IMG/VR virus record: IMGVR_UViG_3300007346_005272
Span: 1-52,676 of that record
Strand: one strand, 5' to 3'
Length of the DNA: 52,676 nucleotides
DNA from: a virus
Taxonomy: Duplodnaviria > Caudoviricetes
The notes beneath the pieces are model-generated. The model had not been told where the DNA came from and ran no database searches. It worked only from the letters and a program-made list of their open reading frames with translations. Below are positions 27,929-37,858 of the stretch, in pieces (positions within the stretch are counted from its first letter, which is position 1; each line of letters opens with the position of its first letter). The position numbers were made by a program, and so were the translations under genes.

Positions 27929-28131
27929 ACGTCAACTTCCTCAATTCGCCACATGGCCGCAGAACGACCAAGCATATCACTAATGCTCCTAAACTCTTTA
28001 CCGTCAGCCCACCGCACCATGTCTAAGTGGAGCTGAGGGTCAGCAAACTGCATATCAATCATTTTTTCGTTCTCAAAAACCACGTATCCGTAGTTCTTGC
28101 CGTTGAAGTAGAAATTATGCCGCTTCGCCAT
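27925..28131 (-). CDS. Small hypothetical protein
   Basis: About 68 aa; SD AGGTG; overlaps its neighbours. Confidence 0.55.
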   Translation of the reverse strand: MAKRHNFYFNGKNYGYVVFENEKMIDMQFADPQLHLDMVRWADGKEFRSISDMLGRSAAMWRIEEVDV

Positions 28132-28357
28132 TTGAATCACCTGTAGTTATATTAGCATCATTCGGGTTTTCAGTCTGTGCCTGAATAGTCTTCTCGAACG
28201 CATCTGCCAGAGAACTAAAACCAGCTTCTCTTAAAAATGGGATGAGATCAACATAATCTGATATCGACAAAACATCTTCTTCACCGGGGTCATCAAAATC
28301 AGGGTCACCCGGATCATCAAAATCAACATCTAGAAGCGAATCTTCAAAATTACTCAT
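28115..28357 (-). CDS. Small, very acidic protein (DFDDPG duplicated)
   Basis: About 80 aa, directly after the 857-aa gene. Confidence 0.55.
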   Translation of the reverse strand: MSNFEDSLLDVDFDDPGDPDFDDPGEEDVLSISDYVDLIPFLREAGFSSLADAFEKTIQAQTENPNDANITTGDSNGEAA

Positions 28358-28362
28358 CGTTA

Positions 28363-30936
28363 TCACTTATCCAAATCAACTAAGAAGTCGCCAGGGTCAC
28401 CATCAAAGATGGCAACATCTGGGACTTTCGCTCCAGCATACACTTCCTCGTACAGATTCCACAACGTGCGCCTATACCATTCTTCAGTTTGCTCTGTTTT
28501 AGGAATCCGCTCCATGGCCTCACGAAGACCTTCCATTACTTTAGCTTTTCTACGAGCATAATCCGTAGGATAATTCCACAGGCGGCGCTGCGCTTCCCAC
28601 ACAATAGACTGTACCTCACGAGGATTCAATCCATATTTCTCAGCTATCCGAATAGCTGCTTCCCTGGCTGCCCAATAGTTTCCATTGAACCCGCCCGACC
28701 CCGGCTTTGGTTTAAACGAAGTCTTCATTATCTCATCGTTGGAACCAATAAGCATCAACAGAGATGCGTTAAAATGGTGCGTGTCTGCAGTCAAACTCTT
28801 GAACCTAGTATCGTTAGGATCAACAATGTTGTTATAGAAAGATCTAACTTTTGACTGCGTGCTCAAGTTATCAGTGATAAACCGCTGCACGAATTCCCCT
28901 GTACCCAAATCAGGATTCTCTTTATCTGCCTTAAGAATACGAGCAACTTTAGTCCAAGGATCATTTTCAGCATTAGCAGCATGAGAAGTAGTTCCCTTCG
29001 CTTTTTTCAAAACAAAAGAAAATGAGCCATCAGCGTTCGGAGACATTCCAACTTCTCGAATAACATCCCCATCCAAACCAAACGATTCTGAAGCTTTTAG
29101 AACTTTACCCAAAACAATATCTGGCTGATCAGAAATTCTACCCGCCATATTTCCGCCCATAGACTCGACCCACTCGGCAGCTGTCGTGGTATTAAACACA
29201 GACAGTTCTTCTGTTAAGCGATCAACACGGGCCTGTGCCGTTTTAACTGAAGCTAAATGCTTTTTCGCTCTACTCTTCTTCTGTTTTAACTCGCTTAATC
29301 TTTTTTGAGCAGCCATCAACGAGTTTGCTTTTGTGGCAGCAGCGGACGCAAACATACGCTCCGCCACATCAGCCATAGGGGGATCTTCTTTAAAAATCCT
29401 AACAGCATTAATTGCCGAAGGTACATTGCGCTCCCAGGAAGTACCAGCAGACAAAACCGCCATTGCTGCTGCAGCGGTCTCTACCCGCACGCCATGCTTA
29501 TCAGCCGTATTGTTAGCCAAACGATTAGCCGCATCATACCAAACCTGCGTAAGTCTAGCATCATCAGTCAAATTGCCATCAGCATCAACCATGCTTCCAC
29601 GCCGCATAGTTTCTTCAAGATTAGCCTCCATGTGACCAATCACCCAATCAAGCTTCTCCTCATCAGAAGCATCAGGACCAATTCCAGCATTCTCCATCAA
29701 ATCATTTAGATGCGGATAGCCTTTAAAAATATCCGCAACAATAGACTTGCGTTCAGCATCAGTAACATCAGCAAGACGTTGAGTCTCTGCAGCAACTCTG
29801 GGAGTAGCACCCGGATTTCCTACGACAACACCCGCACGTTCTCTAGCCGCATCACCACGAAGCAAACCAACAATCTCATCCGCATCAGCCTGCCTCAAAG
29901 TAATAAGCCGATCCGTAACAGAATCCTGCTTACCACGCATCGTATCATAATCCGAAGTAGGTAAACGACCAGTATCAGCCATAAACCGTTTAACCCCAAC
30001 AGAGTTACCCTGCTCCGACAACTCCGCAACCAACGAAGTAACCGACGCCGCAACCTCATCAGCACGGCCATCATCCAAACGGCGACGCAACTCAACAACA
30101 GCAGGATGATTCGACTCAGAAGCCTTTTCAAGGAAATCAGCAAGCGCCTCTTGATCTCTCAAATTCACGCCATCAACCAAAACACCCGAATGCGAAACCG
30201 GATGCAAACTCATCCCATCATCATCCGAAGAACCCATAATGTCCAAAGGACTCCGAGACGGATTAGACAAAACAAAATCCATCAAAGCCAAACGAACCAC
30301 ATCATCAGTATCCGCCTGCGACACACTCATCTCCGGACGCAAATCACGAGTATCCCCAACCACAACCGAATCAGGCATCTCCATCAAAACCGCAAACGAA
30401 CCATTCTCCCCAACGTTACTAGCCACACGCATACGGCCCTGAGCAAAACCAAACTCCTCAGCAACACGAGAAGCCAAAATCTCTACACGGCCAGCATCTT
30501 CCAAAGCATCCTCACCATCATGATGCTTCAAACCATACACCACGCCAGTAGACGTATCCCGAAACTTCAACATACCGTCCGGAGTTGTACGATCCGCAAT
30601 AACCTCAAACCGGCCACCACCATCAGCAATATCCCGAACAATCGTTTCACCTAAAAACTCGTCAGGCACCGCAGACAACGAACCGCCATCAACAACATGA
30701 TAAACCGCCGACTCAACATCACCAATCGACGTATTTCCGTTCTCTCTACTAACAACCGTGGGCGCACCAGTAACCACACGCTTCGGATCAAGATCAGAAC
30801 GATAATCTGGATTATACCGCTGCGCCACACCATTAGGGGTACGTGGACGAGTAGGATGAACTTCGCAGAACATCTTCTCAGCAATCTGTTCAATTATTTT
30901 GTTAGTAATAAAACTCTGTGTAGAAAAATCAGACAT
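28363..30936 (-). CDS. Multidomain protein: degenerate HipA/PI3K-like kinase plus HhH-glycosylase-like domain
   Basis: YGLK...EILASRVAEEFG...DFVLSNPSRS...HPVSH (degenerate N.DRH...IDH); WYDAAN...AAAAMAVLS...WERN...KVRSFYNNI...LTADTHH...VQSIVW. Confidence 0.6.
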   Translation of the reverse strand: MSDFSTQSFITNKIIEQIAEKMFCEVHPTRPRTPNGVAQRYNPDYRSDLDPKRVVTGAPTVVSRENGNTSIGDVESAVYHVVDGGSLSAVPDEFLGETIVRDIADGGGRFEVIADRTTPDGMLKFRDTSTGVVYGLKHHDGEDALEDAGRVEILASRVAEEFGFAQGRMRVASNVGENGSFAVLMEMPDSVVVGDTRDLRPEMSVSQADTDDVVRLALMDFVLSNPSRSPLDIMGSSDDDGMSLHPVSHSGVLVDGVNLRDQEALADFLEKASESNHPAVVELRRRLDDGRADEVAASVTSLVAELSEQGNSVGVKRFMADTGRLPTSDYDTMRGKQDSVTDRLITLRQADADEIVGLLRGDAARERAGVVVGNPGATPRVAAETQRLADVTDAERKSIVADIFKGYPHLNDLMENAGIGPDASDEEKLDWVIGHMEANLEETMRRGSMVDADGNLTDDARLTQVWYDAANRLANNTADKHGVRVETAAAAMAVLSAGTSWERNVPSAINAVRIFKEDPPMADVAERMFASAAATKANSLMAAQKRLSELKQKKSRAKKHLASVKTAQARVDRLTEELSVFNTTTAAEWVESMGGNMAGRISDQPDIVLGKVLKASESFGLDGDVIREVGMSPNADGSFSFVLKKAKGTTSHAANAENDPWTKVARILKADKENPDLGTGEFVQRFITDNLSTQSKVRSFYNNIVDPNDTRFKSLTADTHHFNASLLMLIGSNDEIMKTSFKPKPGSGGFNGNYWAAREAAIRIAEKYGLNPREVQSIVWEAQRRLWNYPTDYARRKAKVMEGLREAMERIPKTEQTEEWYRRTLWNLYEEVYAGAKVPDVAIFDGDPGDFLVDLDK

Positions 30937-30937
30937 A

Positions 30938-33900
30938 CTAACACCCTATCTCGTTAATGTCTGCCGAAGAAAGATCAATAACACCTTCATCAATAGTAAA
31001 ATCACCAAGCTTCTGATTGCTTCTATCTGCATAACTACCCAAAGCATTAATCTCATCAACAGATGTTATTCTACTAACAGAACCTGCCGGAATGAAGTCA
31101 TTGACTTCATCCATCAAAGCGAGGGCCTCAGCATTGTTAAATGATAGATAAGAGTCTTTGAACAACTTCACAACGTGGCCCTCATGCTTGCTGCCAGTCT
31201 TAGCCCGCAAAGCTTGTACGAATTCAGGATACTGCGCCCAGTCTTTAAATTTATCATCACCGAGCTGCAAATTTTGATTCAGTAGCGAGGCTACACGATC
31301 TCGCTTACTGTCGTCTCCGTCGAAAACCAGCAACGCAGTAATCTGGTAACGAGACAACGACTGGCCTTTATCTATAGCGTCTTTAGCCCCGTCATAATTC
31401 TTAACCAAATCCCTAAACGCTAAATTCAAATTTTTAATCTTATACTCTGTGTTAGAACGGACACCTTTCTTCGGCCAAACATATTTACCGTCCCAACCCA
31501 CATCAAGATTATGATTTTCTTTAAAGCCCGCAGCAAACGCCATGCCCAAATATCTAGCGTTGAGCAAATCAGAAATTCCACGCTTTCTATTGTCCAGCTT
31601 TAGAATACTGCCATCAGGTAAGGGCACTGAAAAAGGAAACTCTGGATCATCTCTACTGTTTACAACCACATAGTCGTGCTGTACGCTATAACTTCCATCA
31701 GATGAGAAAGCTAAAGTACGTACCACATTACCCGTGGGGCTGACCTTCTGACGAGTTAACTCATTTCCGTCCTCATCAAATACCGTCACATACAGATCAG
31801 AAACCAAACCCAATTCATCGAATGTGGAGATATAAACACTGTCTGCATTTGACACGTTATCAATCTCAACCATTACTGGTCTATCGTCATCTGTTCTAGC
31901 ATCATACGCAGCTACGATCGTACGCTTGCTACGATCTTTAGCATCCTTTGGATCAGACGCATTTAAAAGCTTCAACGCCCACTCGCCTAGCTTTCCTTCA
32001 GACTGAAGCCGATATAAAGTGTCATAAGGTGTTTCGCCCGGAAGCGAAACATCATATTCCTCTGGTGTTAGCCCCGAAAGCCCCAACGTCAGAATTCCCT
32101 GCGTGCTTGCTTTCTTCCTTTCCCGGATAGCAACCTGCCAGACAGGAACATCGTTTGGTCCAGGCAGCAAATCAGGGTCATTCACAACATAATTAATTTT
32201 TCCAGCAACATCGCCTATTGTTTTGGCACGGGCATCTCTAAATTCTGTTTTGAAAGCAATCAAAGCCGCCAAATTTTGTTCTGCGCCGTCCACCCCATAC
32301 AAGTTATCAATAGACATCTGCAAAGATGCCATAGCGACCACAAACTCACGATCGCTAATACTTCTGACAAGTCTCTCAATATCTCGATCGTTATCTAAGA
32401 ACTGACTATACAATCTGTCCAGATCCTCGCCCGCTCTGGACATGTTTGAGCTAACACGCTGCAGTTCAAAACCACGCTTCATATGAGAGATCGTGTCTTT
32501 CAGAACTCTTTCAGTCACTGCTTTATCTTCTGCCGAATAAGTTAATCCAGCAGCATCAGCACGCCTAAACATATCATTAATCATGGCATCAGCAACTGAT
32601 TCATACATGCTCACGTTGTGTATATCCTTAACAGAACGTCCCAACATTCTCTCAAGCTCTTTTTCCATAACAACGTTCTTAGTGAAAAGATCGTACGCAT
32701 CGCCTTCCGAAGCATTTAACTGAGCGTAAACACGATCAACCATACGTGCCGCATAATCTTCAACATTATCAAGATACTCGTTTTCTGAAGTAGACAAGAT
32801 GAGGTAAATCAAAGCCTCTTCAGATCTTTCAGAACTTGGGCGATCCAACTGACCTAACTCTCGCCTTCTTCTATCTGCCGTTAAATTGTAAATGGTGTCA
32901 TACGCCATGCTTAACATTCTACGATCCGGGCCGTATCCTTCAGTCTCAGCAATCCGCCCTAACGCATAAGACAAATACGAGTACTCTTCCAAAGAAAGAC
33001 TATCCGGATCCTCACCAACTTTCGCCACATACTTCGACACCTGATTTACCATGGCATCACGGAACTGCTCCTGCGTAAGCCCCAACCTGCGATCTTCCTC
33101 ATCAGTCTCGGGCATCGGTAACTGGTCAAGCAGATCAGCATAATCAACCATGCTTGCCACATCCCACAAACCGTCTTGATCGTTCAAATCTATCAAAGCT
33201 TCAATGCGTTCTTCTGCACGCTCACCTACAGACAGGGCCGTCACACCCTCTTCTGCGACTTCATCAACCGTAGTCGCTACACGTCGATTCTCTGCAATAC
33301 CAACAAGACGACCAGCAAACTCATCAATATCGCTATCAAGTCGAGCAGCAGACTCCAAACCCGGCGACCGAATGCCGTAAAAATCTAGATACGCCTGACG
33401 CTGCGCCTCAACCGTGGCGATATCCTGCAACCGTGAAGCCAACGCCTCCCAAGACGGCTCATCCAACTCATCAGCCCCACTAAACTGAACACGACGCAAA
33501 GCAGCAGATAAATCATTACCGATGTTATCCAAAGCTGCACGCACATCATCAGTCAACGGAGGCATATTCACAGGAGTCAGCCTATCCAACTGATCAACAG
33601 GAGGAAGCCGCTCTGACAACTTATCAAAGTCAGCAATAACCTCATCGAAAGCAGCCTGAGTCTCAAAGACACCTTGCCTGAAACTTCCCTCTTCGATATC
33701 ATCTACAATGACACCAGCCAAGCGACCTGAGCCGGGTCTGTTGCGGGCAAACTTACCACGAGCATCCTGCAAATTACCCAAGCTTAACATCGTGGAAGAC
33801 CTCAAACTACGGCCACAAGTAGTGCCACGCATATTCGTTAACTGACCGCCCCCAGTAAAACCAGGGGGACAACGATAACGACTGATCGACGGATCAAAGA

Positions 33901-35746
33901 ACGCTAATGCCGAAGCAAACCCGCCCAACGCCCGACGCAAAGGAACACCGCCAGGACGGACACGCTTAAAGTTCACCCCGCCCAAATACGCCTGATCCTT
34001 ATAGGCATCTATCTTAAACGCAATATCCGCCTGATACTCTTTATAGAGTGTATCGGGTTGGACCGCCTTTGCGGTTATGAAAAAAGGGTTTACGGACTTG
34101 CCCTCCGGAACAAGCTCAAAGATCGGATCGTCCTTAGCACGACGTGGTGCAGAACGAGACAAAAACGTTTCATAAACCCACTGAGGAACCTGACGAACCG
34201 TGCCCCCCGGCCCCTGTACTTTAACTAGTTTGTTGTCGGCCTGTTCAACATTAAAGCGGCCCTGCTCATTAAGATTGCCGAACTCGACAACGAACTTACC
34301 GCCAGAATCGTCAGCAAACCCTCGCAGACCGGCAGTCGGATCCGGAAGATCAGCATCACGAGAAATGCGAGTAGGTAGAGTACGACTTAAAGACGCACGA
34401 TCTGCAGGACTAAGCTCACCGCCCTCTCTACCGAAACGAACAACACCGACCTCAGGAATCGCAAAGTACACATCCCTAAAGCCCGCATTGATAGACTGAA
34501 CAGCCTCAACGATTTCAGGAGAATCAAACGAAGCATCAGGATTCTTGATAATCAACGAGCCGTCCACAACATCGTCAAAGTCGCCGGTCTGATTAGCGAA
34601 GAAACTCAAACCTGCAACAGGCTCAAGAATAACACCATCTCGTTTAGAAACCCGAATGCTCCAACGATCATCATCAATAGCGTTCAGAACCGTGTTAACA
34701 CCAGCGGCACGAGCAGTGACATTGACTTTCTTCGGAGTGGTCGGAATCTGGGCAGCACGAATAAAGACGCCAGGATTTCTTTGAGAGCGCAAATCGCCAA
34801 TACTCGAAATAAGTTCAGCGTTTCTAGCTAACCTAGCCAGCGCCCGACCCGTACCACCGATGAGAGATCCCGGACCAACCCCCGGAATACCCAAAACCTG
34901 GGCACCACAAGTACTGAAACGACGATCAGTGAACGTACCGCCATTCTCAAACCCAGGCGGACAACGGAACCGGTTACGGGCACCACGACCCGAACGGCCC
35001 AATAAGCGACGACCAGCGCCCGCCAAACGACGGCCACGACCGCTACCTCCACCCGGAGTTAGCGCACGATAAATCCCTGAACGCACAGGACTTCTGACAA
35101 CACTAACATTGCCAGGAAGAGCACTGGAGCCGACAGCCTGAGCTACCTGACCAAAGCGACTGTTAGAACCAAACAAGCCTACACGCTTAACAGAAAACTC
35201 ATCATGCTCAACAGCAATTGGTGTATCCAAATACTGCCTAAAAATAGCAGCCTTCATATCAACAACATTCTGACGACCCGCAATCGGCTGAACCAAAATG
35301 CCGCCATAAGCACGAGACTCGCTCACAGCATAACGCAAAGAAGAACCAGAATACTCTGGCTGACTCAAATCAACAGACTTTGCTTTTCGAGCAGCAGAAC
35401 GAACACGACGAGTCAACTTGCCACGCCGCTTCCGGTTCCCCTTACCAGCGCCACGCTTACCCTTGCCCTCATTCGGCCACTTACCAGTCAACTCGTGGTG
35501 AAGCCAAGCACAAATACGCTGCGGCTTACCACCAAACTGCGGCTTGTCCATCAAAATAACGACACACCGACGAAAGCCACCCGGCTTCTTCATGATCGGA
35601 CGCCAATACTTCAGCAGATCTTCAAGATTGCCACGACGAGGACCACGGCCACGAGTTAAAGCAGTTAACTGGTCGGCGTTAGGCCCAATTTCAGGACCAA
35701 CCTTAGAAAAATAAGGTCCGATTTCAGGAGTTTCAGTTTCCATCAT
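30938..35746 (-). CDS. Large head-associated polyvalent protein with two RCPPG modules and a C-terminal GNAT-like domain
   Basis: N-terminal LKYW...GGFRRC...CAWLHHELTGKWP; RFRCPPGFENGGTFTD...CG and RYRCPPGFTGGGQLTN...CG; VQHDYVVV...RKRGIS...GF...DGKYVWPKKG. Start could be 35746 or 35761. Confidence 0.6.
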   Translation of the reverse strand: MMETETPEIGPYFSKVGPEIGPNADQLTALTRGRGPRRGNLEDLLKYWRPIMKKPGGFRRCVVILMDKPQFGGKPQRICAWLHHELTGKWPNEGKGKRGAGKGNRKRRGKLTRRVRSAARKAKSVDLSQPEYSGSSLRYAVSESRAYGGILVQPIAGRQNVVDMKAAIFRQYLDTPIAVEHDEFSVKRVGLFGSNSRFGQVAQAVGSSALPGNVSVVRSPVRSGIYRALTPGGGSGRGRRLAGAGRRLLGRSGRGARNRFRCPPGFENGGTFTDRRFSTCGAQVLGIPGVGPGSLIGGTGRALARLARNAELISSIGDLRSQRNPGVFIRAAQIPTTPKKVNVTARAAGVNTVLNAIDDDRWSIRVSKRDGVILEPVAGLSFFANQTGDFDDVVDGSLIIKNPDASFDSPEIVEAVQSINAGFRDVYFAIPEVGVVRFGREGGELSPADRASLSRTLPTRISRDADLPDPTAGLRGFADDSGGKFVVEFGNLNEQGRFNVEQADNKLVKVQGPGGTVRQVPQWVYETFLSRSAPRRAKDDPIFELVPEGKSVNPFFITAKAVQPDTLYKEYQADIAFKIDAYKDQAYLGGVNFKRVRPGGVPLRRALGGFASALAFFDPSISRYRCPPGFTGGGQLTNMRGTTCGRSLRSSTMLSLGNLQDARGKFARNRPGSGRLAGVIVDDIEEGSFRQGVFETQAAFDEVIADFDKLSERLPPVDQLDRLTPVNMPPLTDDVRAALDNIGNDLSAALRRVQFSGADELDEPSWEALASRLQDIATVEAQRQAYLDFYGIRSPGLESAARLDSDIDEFAGRLVGIAENRRVATTVDEVAEEGVTALSVGERAEERIEALIDLNDQDGLWDVASMVDYADLLDQLPMPETDEEDRRLGLTQEQFRDAMVNQVSKYVAKVGEDPDSLSLEEYSYLSYALGRIAETEGYGPDRRMLSMAYDTIYNLTADRRRRELGQLDRPSSERSEEALIYLILSTSENEYLDNVEDYAARMVDRVYAQLNASEGDAYDLFTKNVVMEKELERMLGRSVKDIHNVSMYESVADAMINDMFRRADAAGLTYSAEDKAVTERVLKDTISHMKRGFELQRVSSNMSRAGEDLDRLYSQFLDNDRDIERLVRSISDREFVVAMASLQMSIDNLYGVDGAEQNLAALIAFKTEFRDARAKTIGDVAGKINYVVNDPDLLPGPNDVPVWQVAIRERKKASTQGILTLGLSGLTPEEYDVSLPGETPYDTLYRLQSEGKLGEWALKLLNASDPKDAKDRSKRTIVAAYDARTDDDRPVMVEIDNVSNADSVYISTFDELGLVSDLYVTVFDEDGNELTRQKVSPTGNVVRTLAFSSDGSYSVQHDYVVVNSRDDPEFPFSVPLPDGSILKLDNRKRGISDLLNARYLGMAFAAGFKENHNLDVGWDGKYVWPKKGVRSNTEYKIKNLNLAFRDLVKNYDGAKDAIDKGQSLSRYQITALLVFDGDDSKRDRVASLLNQNLQLGDDKFKDWAQYPEFVQALRAKTGSKHEGHVVKLFKDSYLSFNNAEALALMDEVNDFIPAGSVSRITSVDEINALGSYADRSNQKLGDFTIDEGVIDLSSADINEIGC

Positions 35747-35924
35747 CAGAAGCCTTTCCATCGTCCAAGGGAACGTACTCTACAAGCACATCATCCTGAT
35801 AAAAGTATTTTACCGTATCTTTGTGCCAACTATCGCCTACAACAGCATTGCTGCCTACATTAAATAATGCCTCATTTGCCTGACTGATCACTTGCTCTAA
35901 GCGAGCGGGTCTCATAAGCTGCAA
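35733..35924 (-). CDS. Small hypothetical protein
   Basis: 63 aa ORF filling the gap between the 630-aa and 1607-aa genes. Confidence 0.45.
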   Translation of the reverse strand: MQLMRPARLEQVISQANEALFNVGSNAVVGDSWHKDTVKYFYQDDVLVEYVPLDDGKASDDGN

Positions 35925-35935
35925 CCCCTTCCGGA

Positions 35936-37828
35936 TCAGGCCAAATCTTCACCATCGAGCATGTTCTGGAATTCGGCCAAAGCGTTGATAAGCTCAACGT
36001 CTTCTTCCTTCTCCGCAGGCGCATCAGCCTCCGCTTCAGGTGCCTCTGGCTCTTCCTCGTTCCAATCCGCAGGAATCATGTCTTCCTTGCCAAGCTCCTT
36101 AGCACGCTTCATGATGTGCTCCTTAGCCGCAGCCTTATCCTTGGCACGACCGTAAGCCTGGATAGCGTTATCCAGATCCGCAGCATCAGCAATTGGGAAA
36201 GAACCGTCAGGAAGAGCGTCGCCAGACTCAGCCATGGCCTCACGCTGTTCACGAGAGTACATGCGCTTGATCTCAAGCTCAGCCTCAAGAGCCTTCAGTT
36301 CATCTTCCTCGTCCATGTCGTAGTCGAAAGGATTCTCAACTTCGTACTCATCGAAGCCAAGGACCTTGCCCTCAGGAGAAACGAACACATCGTAGCTCTT
36401 CTCGTTGGTATCAACCTCAACGACGTACACGTCCTGATTAGCAAACACATCGACCAGAACGCCCATCACGTCGCCCTTGATGTCGAGATCCTCAAGAGCC
36501 TTAACGGCAGCGTCTTCGGCGTCGGCCTGAGATACAATGTCCTGCATCTCACCAGACTTGGCATCCATCTCATCTTCATCAATACGCAGCCAGCCCATCT
36601 CCTCGCCCTCGCCGGACAGGAAGACCTGAATGCACGAACCATCGGCACGCTTCACATCGACAACGAAAATGTCGTCTGCTGTTGAGTAACCAGAACCAAC
36701 AATCTCTGAACCTTGATGTAGTGACTTGACCTGGGACTCAATATCTCCTAAACCGGGGAGATCTTCGGTAGGCATACACCCTCCTTGACAAAACTCGCAT
36801 GGTTGATTAACTGACTTACGGCTAAATCCGCACAGGAAGTCATCTGACTTCATGCCCTCTGCGGGCATTCCTGCAGGAGCATCTTCCTGTGCCTGCTGCT
36901 GAGCAGCCTGCCGAGCTTCACGAGCAGCTTCAGCCTGTTCGGCTTCACGCTCTTTCTTGGCAGCCATTTCTTTCTTGCTCAGATCCATCCACTCATCGTG
37001 GGAAGCGCAAGGCATGAACATCTTACCTGCACGGTGCATGCCTTCGCAACCAAGAGCTTCAGCACGTTCCATCGCTTCTTCAGCAGTTTCAAATACGTCT
37101 TCAACAGCGTTCTCGTCTTCTGCCTTCCGCATAGCGTTCAGCTCAAGGGGACTGCGACGACGATAGCGTCTACCATAGCCCTTGCTGGTGCCCTCTTCGT
37201 AAACATCGACAGCCTCAAAAGCTCCCTTAGCGTCTTCGTCAAGACCATCGTAGTCTTCATCGGAAACTAGCTCACCGTCTTCCATCATTTCCTTAAACCG
37301 AGAGTCGGTCAAGAAAATTGAAGGCTTGTCACTCTTAGGCGCACGCATCATTGACATGATGACTGCGGCCTTTTCGCTCACATCATCATCTTCGTCGTCT
37401 TCGGCGTCTTCGTCGGCTTCTTCTTCGTCGGCTTCCTCGCCATCTTCGTCGGCTTCCTCGCCATCTTCGTCGGCTTCCTCGGCGTCCTCGTCATCCTCGT
37501 CATCCTCGTCCGCCTCATCAGCTTCGTCTTCGTCAGCCTCGTCCTCGTCATCTTCTGACTTGAAACGGAACATCCAACCCATAGGAGTATCACCCTTCTC
37601 GTCCATGACAAGAACCTTCTCCATGAGCAGCTGATCTTCTTCAGAAAGCTCAGCAAACTCCTCTTCAGAAATTAGCTCACCAGCATCCTGCATCTCCTTG
37701 AAACGGATATCGGTCATGAAAACAGAAGGCGCACCCTTCTCGTCCTCATGCATGCCCTTCTCTTCACCGTCCAGCATCGCCTGAATTTCTTCAAACTTCT
37801 GAAGGTCTTCGTTAAGATTTTCACTCAT
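35936..37828 (-). CDS. Highly acidic scaffold-like protein with PepSY-like, Cys/His and ALPDGSFPI modules
   Basis: Follows the protease. Internal duplication PS.F.TD.RFKEM...GEL.S; GCEGMH...MPC; IVSQADAEDAAVKA...VYVVEV...DVFVS.EGKVLG (PepSY-like); SD AGGAG. Confidence 0.65.
   Translation of the reverse strand: MSENLNEDLQKFEEIQAMLDGEEKGMHEDEKGAPSVFMTDIRFKEMQDAGELISEEEFAELSEEDQLLMEKVLVMDEKGDTPMGWMFRFKSEDDEDEADEDEADEADEDDEDDEDAEEADEDGEEADEDGEEADEEEADEDAEDDEDDDVSEKAAVIMSMMRAPKSDKPSIFLTDSRFKEMMEDGELVSDEDYDGLDEDAKGAFEAVDVYEEGTSKGYGRRYRRRSPLELNAMRKAEDENAVEDVFETAEEAMERAEALGCEGMHRAGKMFMPCASHDEWMDLSKKEMAAKKEREAEQAEAAREARQAAQQQAQEDAPAGMPAEGMKSDDFLCGFSRKSVNQPCEFCQGGCMPTEDLPGLGDIESQVKSLHQGSEIVGSGYSTADDIFVVDVKRADGSCIQVFLSGEGEEMGWLRIDEDEMDAKSGEMQDIVSQADAEDAAVKALEDLDIKGDVMGVLVDVFANQDVYVVEVDTNEKSYDVFVSPEGKVLGFDEYEVENPFDYDMDEEDELKALEAELEIKRMYSREQREAMAESGDALPDGSFPIADAADLDNAIQAYGRAKDKAAAKEHIMKRAKELGKEDMIPADWNEEEPEAPEAEADAPAEKEEDVELINALAEFQNMLDGEDLA
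37380..37555. repeat. Low-complexity acidic tract with 21-bp tandem unit (EEADEDG)
   Basis: cttcgtcggcttcctcgccat repeated 2-3 times within a D/E run. Confidence 0.8.
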
Positions 37829-37858
37829 TATAAACTCCTAAATCCTTTATAGAGTATC

